Shown here: one piece after another, positions 28,635 through 37,396 of the stretch | Numbering within the stretch: position 1 is the first letter of the stretch | Layout: each line of letters opens with the position of its first letter | Source of the DNA: an archaeon | GTDB taxonomy: Archaea > Nanobdellota > Nanobdellia > Pacearchaeales > GW2011-AR1 | NCBI GenBank assembly: GCA_018653485.1 | Contig: JABHZE010000002.1 | Coordinates: 56,294 to 120,293 of the forward strand | Direction: 5' to 3' | Length of the DNA: 64,000 bases | The notes under the pieces: model-generated | What the model saw: only the letters and a program-made list of their open reading frames with translations | Told to the model about the DNA's origin: nothing | The model's database searches: none | Made by a program: the position numbers and the translations under genes

Positions 28635-28871
28635 TTAAATCATACCTAATTTAGTTGCAACATCTATTGCAGGATTTTTTTTATTTAAATGAAGATATGC
28701 AAATTTCTTATTACTTCTTATTAATGTATTTATTGAATCAACTTTAACACCAAATAATTCTTCAAAATCTTTTTTAATTTCTATTTTTGATTTTCTTCTA
28801 TCTACCTCTATAACTAATTCATTATTTAATTCAATTAATCTTACAGCTTTTTCAGTTGTTACAAGTTTCAT
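28635..28871 (-). CDS. rpl23: 50S ribosomal protein uL23
   Basis: 78 aa. EKAVRLIELNNELVIEVDRRKSKIEIKKDFEELFGVKVDSINTL is typical of uL23. Confidence 0.7.
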   Translation of the reverse strand: MKLVTTEKAVRLIELNNELVIEVDRRKSKIEIKKDFEELFGVKVDSINTLIRSNKKFAYLHLNKKNPAIDVATKLGMI

Positions 28872-29662
28872 TTTCTTCCCCCTAAAACTTTATCTAATTC
28901 TGAAATTGCATTCTCACTAAATAATGTAACTCTAGCACCATTATCTGCTAAATCCCTAACAGTAAGTTCATTTACTTTTACAACTTCAATTCCTTTAATT
29001 TTCTTTTTTTCATCTTTCCCAATAACAAATAATAATCCTGCATTTTTCTTATTTTTTCTTCCTCTCATTTTTCCTTTTCCAGATCTAATCGTTTTCTTTT
29101 GGATAGAAACAGAGTATAATTCTCCTAAAATCTTTTCTAAAGATTTTAAAAATTCTTTTGTTTTTAATTCAAATATTTTTTCTTCAACAATTAAAGGGAG
29201 TTTATTATCTAATTTTTTAGTTTCTAATGAAAGATATTTCTTTTTTAATTCTTCAATGGAACTTGAATAACTTAGGGCAGATAATAACGCCTTTTTTAAT
29301 TCCTTTTTATTTATTTTATTAAGCAAAACACTTCCTTTTGGAGGATGAGCTCTTCTTCCACCTCTAGCAGAAGGAATAAGCGCACCAACCCAATTAAATT
29401 GAGTTCCTCTTCTAGACATTATTTTTCTTGGTAATCTTGATAACCCTTTCCCTCTATCTGATTTCCAAACATGCCTTCTTTTACTCAATGCACCTGAAGC
29501 AGATTTATCCATTCCAGCTCGATACTTTGGGGATGAAGGGTGTTTTATTTTTTCAGCTTCAATAACCTTAAAGATAATATCTTCTCTTATTGGTTCTTCA
29601 AATAAGTTTGTTTCAATTTCTTTTGCTTTCTTTCCATTTATGTCTAATATTTGAGTTTTCAT
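28868..29662 (-). CDS. rpl4: 50S ribosomal protein uL4
   Basis: RAGMDKSASGALSKRRHVWKSDRGKGLSRLPRK...ARGGRRAHPPK is the archaeal/eukaryotic L4 pattern. Confidence 0.8.
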   Translation of the reverse strand: MKTQILDINGKKAKEIETNLFEEPIREDIIFKVIEAEKIKHPSSPKYRAGMDKSASGALSKRRHVWKSDRGKGLSRLPRKIMSRRGTQFNWVGALIPSARGGRRAHPPKGSVLLNKINKKELKKALLSALSYSSSIEELKKKYLSLETKKLDNKLPLIVEEKIFELKTKEFLKSLEKILGELYSVSIQKKTIRSGKGKMRGRKNKKNAGLLFVIGKDEKKKIKGIEVVKVNELTVRDLADNGARVTLFSENAISELDKVLGGRK

Positions 29663-30636
29663 CTTATTTCAATAAATTCATAATTTTTTTTAAGTTGATT
29701 TTTAGATTCCCTATAAGGTGCCGTGATTAATAATTGTCTTTTGCTAGGCCCCTGTACACTTCCTGTTAAAATAATATAATCTGATTTAATTTCCCCATAT
29801 TTCTTAAATCCTTGTTTTTGGTTAATATCTTTATCTTTAATATTTTCAGATAATAAAATCACCTTGTTAAGGCTAACTCTATTAAAATATCCCATTTGTC
29901 CGGCCATTGGTTGAGTAAATTCAACTCTTGCAGGGTGCCAAGGTCCACCACTTCCAGGCCCTCTAACACCTTTTTCTGACTTATGAGATCTTAATCTTAA
30001 ACCAAATCGCTTTGCAGGTCCCTGATTACCTTTTCCAGTAGTAATTCCTCTAACATCCACTAATCCCTTATTAAAAACATCTTTAATTGAAATTTCTTTT
30101 GAAATATTATTCTTAACAAATTCTAATTGTTCTGCCTTACTTCCAGACAAACCAATTTCAGAAATATCAGGTCTTTTTTTAATATTAGTTTTCTTAACTT
30201 GAGAATACATAATTAATCTAATCTTATCATAATCATCTTCTTTAAAATCTTCAAATTTTCGATTTACAACATCCTTAGAGGTTGTACCTTTTTCATTTGG
30301 TAATTTTAATTTTCTCTTTAATTCTTTATCTAAATTTTGATTTAAAACTTCTCCTATTAATTTATTTTCTTTATAGAATCTAACAGAAAGAATCTTCATT
30401 GAAGGACATTCAAGAATTGTAACTGGAATTGTGACTCTTTTTCCTTTTGTTAAAGAATGAGCTCCATTATCTTTAACATAAGCAGATTTCATTCCAACTT
30501 TATAACAAATAAACCCTAATAAGTTTGTTTCATCTTTTGAAAGTGAGCTCCAACTAGCTCTTGGAAGGCTTTTCTTTGCCCTTACTCTTGGATAAAATTG
30601 AAGGCTTCCTGCCCTCGGTGTACTTCGTTTTGGCAT
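29659..30636 (-). CDS. rpl3: 50S ribosomal protein uL3
   Basis: MPKRSTPRAGSLQFYPRVRA N-terminus and a GQMGYFNRV motif. Confidence 0.85.
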   Translation of the reverse strand: MPKRSTPRAGSLQFYPRVRAKKSLPRASWSSLSKDETNLLGFICYKVGMKSAYVKDNGAHSLTKGKRVTIPVTILECPSMKILSVRFYKENKLIGEVLNQNLDKELKRKLKLPNEKGTTSKDVVNRKFEDFKEDDYDKIRLIMYSQVKKTNIKKRPDISEIGLSGSKAEQLEFVKNNISKEISIKDVFNKGLVDVRGITTGKGNQGPAKRFGLRLRSHKSEKGVRGPGSGGPWHPARVEFTQPMAGQMGYFNRVSLNKVILLSENIKDKDINQKQGFKKYGEIKSDYIILTGSVQGPSKRQLLITAPYRESKNQLKKNYEFIEIR

Positions 30637-30935
30637 TGTTCATATAAACCCATAGTTTTGATAGAAATAACTCTGAATTTGAGCCTGTCAGTTAAAACCA
30701 ACTGCTATCAAAAACTACTCAAATATATCTATAAGATACACTTGTATTACAATAACTCAAGAAATAATCCCTATTTAAAGCTTTCTTCTTCAAGGAGCTG
30801 TCCGAAAAGACTCAATTTAACTTAAAACTACTCGAATTTATATTTCTTCTCCCTCATAAATAGGGGGAGAAAAATTAAATTCTCGGAGAGGCAATAAAAA
30901 ATTTATAGAACTTCGGACAAAACTTCCTTCAAAAA

Positions 30936-31670
30936 TCAAGCCAAAAACTCAATTTCTTTACTAGATTCTTCCTTATCTACATTAAGTCTTCTAACAATCT
31001 TTCCCTTTCTCTTAGCCATTTCTCTGATTACAGCAAAATTTCCCTTATTTTCTCCAAGTTCCTCATCACTAGGCATTACTATTTCATCAATAAAAAAATC
31101 ATGAGCAATTTCAACATTCTTAAATCCTTTAGCTTCTTCATCAAATACAAATCTTTTAATCAATTCTTCATCACTTGTTTTTAATTTACAAAAATCAATT
31201 TTTAATTTTTTCCCTTCTTTTTTCTGACTACTAGCACCTTTCATAGATTTAGGAGATTTAGGTTTAATTTTTAAATCATATTTTTCACTCTTAAAACTCA
31301 ATCCAATAAATGCTTTTGGAACTTTTTCAGATAATTCAATAATTTCATTTCCACTCATTTCAGTTTCAATCATATATTTTCTTGCACCCATAGCCATCTT
31401 TTTTTCTTTATATTCAAATCCTTCTAAATCTAATGCTGCAATTAATGCACCTGTAACCAATACTTTTTCATCACCTAATTTTTCTGCAACAGAAATAACT
31501 AAATCCTTTGCATACTCTGCTCCAGAAGCTAATGTAAAATTACCCTTTGAATTTTTAACTCGAATTAAAGCCCTATTTTCAAATTCTCCCTTACTAAATT
31601 TTTGAAACTGCATATGAGCAATTTTATCTTCCTTATTTCCATCAAATATTTTTTTTATAAAACAATCCAT
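30936..31670 (-). CDS. hypothetical protein (244 aa)
   Basis: Long ORF with coding-like composition. No family is recognised; I considered PCNA, SBDS and aIF6 and could support none of them. Confidence 0.4.
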   Translation of the reverse strand: MDCFIKKIFDGNKEDKIAHMQFQKFSKGEFENRALIRVKNSKGNFTLASGAEYAKDLVISVAEKLGDEKVLVTGALIAALDLEGFEYKEKKMAMGARKYMIETEMSGNEIIELSEKVPKAFIGLSFKSEKYDLKIKPKSPKSMKGASSQKKEGKKLKIDFCKLKTSDEELIKRFVFDEEAKGFKNVEIAHDFFIDEIVMPSDEELGENKGNFAVIREMAKRKGKIVRRLNVDKEESSKEIEFLA

Positions 31671-31743
31671 AACATAAATTCACTTTCTTTATTTATAAAA
31701 CTTATGCCTCAAAGAGTAGGTTTATAAATAATTATAACAATAT

Positions 31744-32793
31744 ATGAGTATGTTAGGGAAGGATAATTTTAAAGGAGGTATAGTATTAACACTTTTAATA
31801 GTTTTATTTGGGTTAGCAGTATTAGTTATTAAACCCATTGTATTTTCAGTACTATATGGAATTTTATTAGGATATATCTTTTATCCAGTTTATAAATTAT
31901 TTTTAAAGAAAATAAAAAATGAAACAACTTCTGCAATATTAGTTTGTTTAGCTTTATTTTTTGTAATAGTAGCAGTGACTATTCTAATCTTAAACATCTT
32001 ATTAAGACAAATAATAGACCTCTATCTTTTACTTCAACAAATTGATATAGTTAATATAGCAAAAGATTCTCTTCCTGAATTCTTAGCCTCGTCTGAGTTA
32101 TCTGCAACAATTTTATCTTCATTAAACACAGGATTTTCAAATTTTATGGCAAACACCATTACAGGGTTTGGAGACTTTTTATTAAATCTCCCAATTATTG
32201 CACTTCATCTTTTTGTAGTATTATTTGTATTTTTCTTTACCTTAAGGGATGGAGAAAAAGCTTTGGAATACCTTAGAGATCTATTACCAATAAAAAAAGA
32301 AACTCAAGCAAGATTCTTTAAACAATTTAAAGATATTACAAATTCAGTTTTAATAGGACAAATAGTTATAGGAATTATCCAAGGTTTAATTGCAGGAATA
32401 GGATTTTATATTTTTGGAGTTGAAAATATAATTATTTTAACAATTATTTCTATGGTTGCATCAGTAATTCCAATTGTAGGTCCTTGGCTAGTCTGGATAC
32501 CTGTAGACATTTATTTATTCTCTATAGGTCAAAAAAATGATGCAATAGGATTATTAATTTATGGAGCAATAATTGTAAATTGGATTGATAATCTGATTCG
32601 TCCATGGTTAGTTTCAAGAAAAGCTAAAATAAATTCAGCAATAGTTATTGTAGGAATGATTGGAGGATTACTTTCTTTTGGAATGATTGGAATAATCATA
32701 GGACCATTAGTTTTAGCTTATGTAATTCTTGTTTTTGAAATTTATAAAAAGAAAACTCTTGACGAAACAATAATTTTCAAAGAAGAGAAATAA
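31744..32793 (+). CDS. AI-2E family transporter (UPF0118/PerM)
   Basis: 8-TM protein with WLVWIPVDIYLF and NLIRPWLVS signatures of the AI-2E family. Confidence 0.7.
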   Translation: MSMLGKDNFKGGIVLTLLIVLFGLAVLVIKPIVFSVLYGILLGYIFYPVYKLFLKKIKNETTSAILVCLALFFVIVAVTILILNILLRQIIDLYLLLQQIDIVNIAKDSLPEFLASSELSATILSSLNTGFSNFMANTITGFGDFLLNLPIIALHLFVVLFVFFFTLRDGEKALEYLRDLLPIKKETQARFFKQFKDITNSVLIGQIVIGIIQGLIAGIGFYIFGVENIIILTIISMVASVIPIVGPWLVWIPVDIYLFSIGQKNDAIGLLIYGAIIVNWIDNLIRPWLVSRKAKINSAIVIVGMIGGLLSFGMIGIIIGPLVLAYVILVFEIYKKKTLDETIIFKEEK

Positions 32794-32795
32794 AG

Positions 32796-34277
32796 ATGAA
32801 ATTAAGAATAAAAAAATTAAAATTCTTAACAGGTAAGCCTGTTTGTATGATTCATGAAAACACTGCTAAAAAAATGAGTTGGAATGTTAGCGGGAGAGTT
32901 TTAATAAAAACAAAACAAGGAAAAAGTTTAGTTTCAATTGTAGACACTGTCTCTAGAATAATTAAACCAAATCAAATTGCAGTATCAGAGACAATTATAA
33001 ATAAATTAAATCTAAAAGCAAATCAAACTGTAGAAGTAGAGCTTGCAGAAATTCCAAGAAGCATAGAATTAATCAAAAAGAAATTAGAGGGTAAAAAATT
33101 AACTCCAAAAGAAATTAAAGAGATTATAACAAATATAGCAAATAATTCTCTTAGTGAGGTAGAAACTGCTTTTTTTGTTTCAGCAGTTCATGATGAAGGA
33201 ATGAATCTTAATGAAACCAAGGCTTTAACTCAGGCAATGGTAGATACAGGGGAGACATTAAAATTAGCAGGAAAGGTTGTAGATAAACATAGTATAGGGG
33301 GAGTTGCAGGAAATAGGACTACTCCAATAATTGTAGCAATATGTGCTACAGCAGGATTAATCATCCCTAAAACATCTTCAAGAGCTATAACAAGCGCTTC
33401 AGGAACTGCAGATACTATGGAATGCATTACTCCAGTAGACTTTTCAATTAAAGAAATAAAATCTATAATCAAAAAAACAAATGCTTGTCTTGTGTGGGGA
33501 GGAGCATTAGGATTAGCACCAGTAGACGATAAAATAATAAAAATAGAACGAGTGGTAAACATAGATTCCACAGCACAATTATTAGCTAGCATACTTTCTA
33601 AAAAAATTTCAGTGGGAAGTAAATATATTTTAATTGACATTCCTTATGGAAAATCTGCAAAAGTTAGTAAGAAAGAAGCAAAAGAACTTAAAAGAAGATT
33701 TTTACAACTTTCAAAAAAGTTTAAATTAAAATTAGATGTAATCTTAACAGATGGTTCTGAACCAATTGGAGATGGAATTGGCCCGGCTTTAGAAATGAAG
33801 GATATCTTAAAAGTTTTAGGAAATGTAAATCCTCCACTTGATTTAAGGGAAAAATCAATATTATTAGCAGGAAGATTATTAGAACTCGCAGGAAAAACAA
33901 AAAAAGGAAATGGAAAAAAATTAGCTACTGAAATATTAACTTCAGGAAAAGCATATAAAAAATTTGAACAAATAGTAAAAAATCAAAAAGGAAGTATTAA
34001 AAAATTATATAAATTAAAACCAAAATATTCTTATTCAGTAAAAGCAGAAACTAAATCTAAAATAAAGCATATAGATAATAAGTTAATTAATAGATTAGCA
34101 AGACATGCAGGTTGTCCAGAAGATAAGGCTTCAGGAATATTTATTCATAAAAAGAAAAATCAAACAATTCAAAAAAATGATAAAATTTTAACTATTTATA
34201 CAACTTCAAAAGAAAAATTAAATTATGCTAAAGAATTTTATAAAAAAAATAGAAAAAAACTTATAGAATACGGTTAA
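32796..34277 (+). CDS. deoA: AMP phosphorylase / thymidine phosphorylase family (glycosyltransferase family 3)
   Basis: SIGGVAGNRTTPIIVAICATAGL..KTSSRAITSASGTADTME is the pyrimidine-nucleoside phosphorylase core. The ~90-aa N-terminal extension and 493-aa length fit archaeal AMP phosphorylase. Confidence 0.7.
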   Translation: MKLRIKKLKFLTGKPVCMIHENTAKKMSWNVSGRVLIKTKQGKSLVSIVDTVSRIIKPNQIAVSETIINKLNLKANQTVEVELAEIPRSIELIKKKLEGKKLTPKEIKEIITNIANNSLSEVETAFFVSAVHDEGMNLNETKALTQAMVDTGETLKLAGKVVDKHSIGGVAGNRTTPIIVAICATAGLIIPKTSSRAITSASGTADTMECITPVDFSIKEIKSIIKKTNACLVWGGALGLAPVDDKIIKIERVVNIDSTAQLLASILSKKISVGSKYILIDIPYGKSAKVSKKEAKELKRRFLQLSKKFKLKLDVILTDGSEPIGDGIGPALEMKDILKVLGNVNPPLDLREKSILLAGRLLELAGKTKKGNGKKLATEILTSGKAYKKFEQIVKNQKGSIKKLYKLKPKYSYSVKAETKSKIKHIDNKLINRLARHAGCPEDKASGIFIHKKKNQTIQKNDKILTIYTTSKEKLNYAKEFYKKNRKKLIEYG

Positions 34278-34304
34278 TTCCTCAAAAATAAATTATTTAA
34301 TCAA

Positions 34305-36023
34305 TTAATATAAAAGATGATGAATTTCTTTTAAATGTCTTAAATGTTCCTTCTTCATTTCTTTCACACTTGTTTTATCTCTTTTTATTTTCTTCATTAA
34401 CTCAAAAAACTTTTCACCACCCATTACTTGAGGGATGATTACATAATCTGCTCCTTCCTTGTATAATTTTAATGCCTCACTTATTCTAGTGGTAATTACA
34501 AAAATAGGAACTTTTGAATTTAGGTTTCTAGTTTTCTTTATCAAAAGAAGATTATCTTCAAAATCAGGAATAGTGCTTATTACCATTTCAGCATTCTTTA
34601 AATTCGCTTTTGATAAAACTTCTGGATTTGCAAAGTCACCATAGATACAAGGAATTTTTTTATTTATAAGAGATTTAATTATTTCAGGATTATAATCAAT
34701 AACTAATAAATCCTCTTTATTATTTTTTAATTCTTTTATTAAAAGACTTCCAGCCCGATGGCATCCAAATAAAATAGTTCTCTTGCCATCCTTTACAGAA
34801 TATTCTAAGTTTTCTTTATCTGATTTAAATTTATTAAATAAAATCAATGGCAAATCCATATACTTTTCAATTTTTCGTTCATAAATTATAAAATAAGTTG
34901 TAAGAGACATAGTTATTATAGTCAATAAAACCAAAGCACTAAACAAATCCTGACTAATGTGCCCCAAACCTAATCCCAAAGTTACAATTATTAATGAAAA
35001 CTCACTTGTTTGCGCAAGAGCATTTCCAGTTAAAAAGGAAGTCTTTCTTTTATATCCAAATATTCTCACAGAAAACATAATAATCCAAGGTTTAATTACA
35101 ATAACTAAAACTAAAAGAATTAGCATTAAGATTAATAATTGCTTAGGAATAGGCGCTAATTGTAAACCTAATGCAACAAAGAAAATTACTGCAAAAAAAT
35201 CTCTCAAAGGACGTATTTTTCCCTCTATTTCAACTTTATAGTTAGAATTAGCTAATGCAACTCCTGCAAAAAACGCACCAATTATTAGAGATAATCCTGC
35301 AATAAATGAACCTATCACAAATGTAAATAAAAATGAAATAGAAACTAGAATTAACAATTCATGATTTTTAGCAGCAATATTAAAAATAGGATTCATCACT
35401 TTTGCTAAGATAATTGCAATAATTCCAAAGATAAATGCCTTTAACAAAACAATTAAAATACTATTGAGGGTTAAATCACTTGCAAGAACAGACAAAGCAA
35501 TTATAGCAATAATATCTTGAACAAGCAAAATACCAATAACAATTCTTCCATGTAAGCTATTTAACTCCCTTTTATCTGCCAACAATTTCATAACAATCAT
35601 AGTACTACTAAATGCCACAACTAGCCCAATATAGATAGGAGCTTTTCCAATAAATCCAAACCAAGTAGAAATAAAAAATGCAATAGCAAATAGAATTGCT
35701 ATTTGGAAAACGCCTCCAATTGAAGCAACCTTTCCAACCTCTCTTAATTTTTTGAATTTAATTTCTAAACCTGCTGTAAAAATTAAAAATGCAACACCTA
35801 TTTCAGATAATGATTTAACTAAATGAGGATCTTGAATTAACCCTAGTGCAAGAGGCCCTAACAAAATACCTGTAATGATATAAGCTGGAATAAGTGGCTG
35901 CCTTACTAATCTTATTAAAAAAGCAAGAATAGCCGCAATTATAATCATAATCCCTATTTCAAAGAATATAGTTAACTCTGATGGGACTAACGATATTAAA
36001 TTTTGACAGACACTTAAATCCAT
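34305..36023 (-). CDS. monovalent cation:proton antiporter (CPA2, Kef-type) with C-terminal RCK/TrkA-N domain
   Basis: About 12 TM helices of the Na+/H+ exchanger family followed by a soluble Rossmann domain (TILFGCHRAGSLLIKEL). Confidence 0.7.
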   Translation of the reverse strand: MDLSVCQNLISLVPSELTIFFEIGIMIIIAAILAFLIRLVRQPLIPAYIITGILLGPLALGLIQDPHLVKSLSEIGVAFLIFTAGLEIKFKKLREVGKVASIGGVFQIAILFAIAFFISTWFGFIGKAPIYIGLVVAFSSTMIVMKLLADKRELNSLHGRIVIGILLVQDIIAIIALSVLASDLTLNSILIVLLKAFIFGIIAIILAKVMNPIFNIAAKNHELLILVSISFLFTFVIGSFIAGLSLIIGAFFAGVALANSNYKVEIEGKIRPLRDFFAVIFFVALGLQLAPIPKQLLILMLILLVLVIVIKPWIIMFSVRIFGYKRKTSFLTGNALAQTSEFSLIIVTLGLGLGHISQDLFSALVLLTIITMSLTTYFIIYERKIEKYMDLPLILFNKFKSDKENLEYSVKDGKRTILFGCHRAGSLLIKELKNNKEDLLVIDYNPEIIKSLINKKIPCIYGDFANPEVLSKANLKNAEMVISTIPDFEDNLLLIKKTRNLNSKVPIFVITTRISEALKLYKEGADYVIIPQVMGGEKFFELMKKIKRDKTSVKEMKKEHLRHLKEIHHLLY

Positions 36024-36119
36024 TTTAACAACCTCTTTACACCATAACTATAGGAATTCTACTTAAAAACATTTCTAAGAAATATTCTTTTAAAAAATAA
36101 ATCAAATCATGAAATTTTA

Positions 36120-36434
36120 TTAATTTGCCAAAACAAATAGGATTATTATCACAATAATCGTAATCAAATACCAAACTCTTAATTTTTCTAATAATTTTTT
36201 TATCTTTTTATCATTTGGAACTTTGATGATGCCAAGAGTAATAAATGGCTCCTTAAAAATTTCAAAAATCTGAAAATCTATAAAATATTTTAGACTTATA
36301 TTATTATTTTCAATTTCATTTAATTTACTCCAAAGTGCAAAACGAATAAGACCTCCATATGTAAGCCATATAAACATTAAAATTACAAAAATAATTGCAA
36401 AAATAAAATCATCCATATTTGTAATAATCGCCAT
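36120..36434 (-). CDS. small membrane protein, hypothetical
   Basis: Two hydrophobic segments. No family is recognised. Confidence 0.3.
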   Translation of the reverse strand: MAIITNMDDFIFAIIFVILMFIWLTYGGLIRFALWSKLNEIENNNISLKYFIDFQIFEIFKEPFITLGIIKVPNDKKIKKLLEKLRVWYLITIIVIIILFVLAN

Positions 36435-36534
36435 AACACCAGGGAATAATTAAGGTATATAAGGTTTGGGATATCTAAGAAATATTCTTTTCAATCTCAT
36501 ATGATTTTTTAAACTATTTCATCTAATCTAATTT

Positions 36535-36828
36535 ATGGAAATACCAAAAGACCACATATCTCAGCTTTCAGAATACATGGAAAAAAACTTAATGAAGGGT
36601 TATCCAGTGGATTCCTTAAAGTTTTCATTAATGAGTCAAGGATATTCAAGAATTTCTGTAGATAGGGCTGCAGAAAAAGCAAACAAAAGAATTGCAGAAC
36701 AAATGCCTAAAATGAAAGAAAAACCTCAAATAATCCGAAGAGTAATAACAGACAATGAACCGATTCAAATCACACAAGAAACCCCTCAAGAAAAACAAGG
36801 ATTTTTTAAAAAAATTTTTAAGAGATAA
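36535..36828 (+). CDS. hypothetical protein (97 aa)
   Basis: ORF only. It overlaps the longer 5' extension of the next ORF but not the trimmed gene. Confidence 0.3.
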   Translation: MEIPKDHISQLSEYMEKNLMKGYPVDSLKFSLMSQGYSRISVDRAAEKANKRIAEQMPKMKEKPQIIRRVITDNEPIQITQETPQEKQGFFKKIFKR

Positions 36829-36865
36829 ACCAAGATTTTTTAAACCTATATTTGGTCTCCATACT

Positions 36866-37339
36866 ATGAAAAATAAGAATGTAGGCTATTTAATCATAGG
36901 AATCTCAATAATAATTGTATTTATCATTTTGTTATTCAATAATGGGCTCAAAGAGATAGTTGATCAAACTTGTAGTCATGGTTCTTCATGCACTATGTAT
37001 GATACTATTGCAATTCAAACCTGGTTAAGTCTATCAACTGCAGCCTTAGTTTTCATTATAGGATTATTTTTAGTTTTTACAAAAGAACCCGAGAGAATAA
37101 TCATTCAAAAAGTAAAAGAAAAAAAGAAAAAATTGAATCTAAAGGGATTGGATAATGATGAAAAAAAAGTTATAAAAATATTGCAAAAAGAAAACAATGC
37201 AATTTTCCAAAAAACATTAATGGAGCAAATGGAAATCGGTAAAGTAAAAATAACAAGGTTATTGGATAAACTTGAAGCAAAACAATTAATTGAAAGAAAG
37301 CGAAGAGGGATGAATAATATTGTCGTTTTAAATAATTGA
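36866..37339 (+). CDS. membrane-anchored winged-helix transcriptional regulator with extracytoplasmic Cys pair
   Basis: Start is trimmed to MKNKNVGYLIIG. It has two TM segments flanking a CSHGSSC loop and a C-terminal wHTH (VIKILQKENNAIFQKTLMEQMEIGKVKITRLLDKLEAKQLIERKRRG). Confidence 0.5.
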   Translation: MKNKNVGYLIIGISIIIVFIILLFNNGLKEIVDQTCSHGSSCTMYDTIAIQTWLSLSTAALVFIIGLFLVFTKEPERIIIQKVKEKKKKLNLKGLDNDEKKVIKILQKENNAIFQKTLMEQMEIGKVKITRLLDKLEAKQLIERKRRGMNNIVVLNN

Positions 37340-37396
37340 TAGTATTGAAACTAGTTTCACCTAAGCGATTATAAATAACATTTTTCTTAAAAAGTT

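Noticed and set aside
30936-31670. Considered PCNA, SBDS or aIF6 for the 244-aa protein, given its size and location next to translation genes.
   Set aside because: None of the characteristic motifs of those families is present, so it was not annotated beyond hypothetical.
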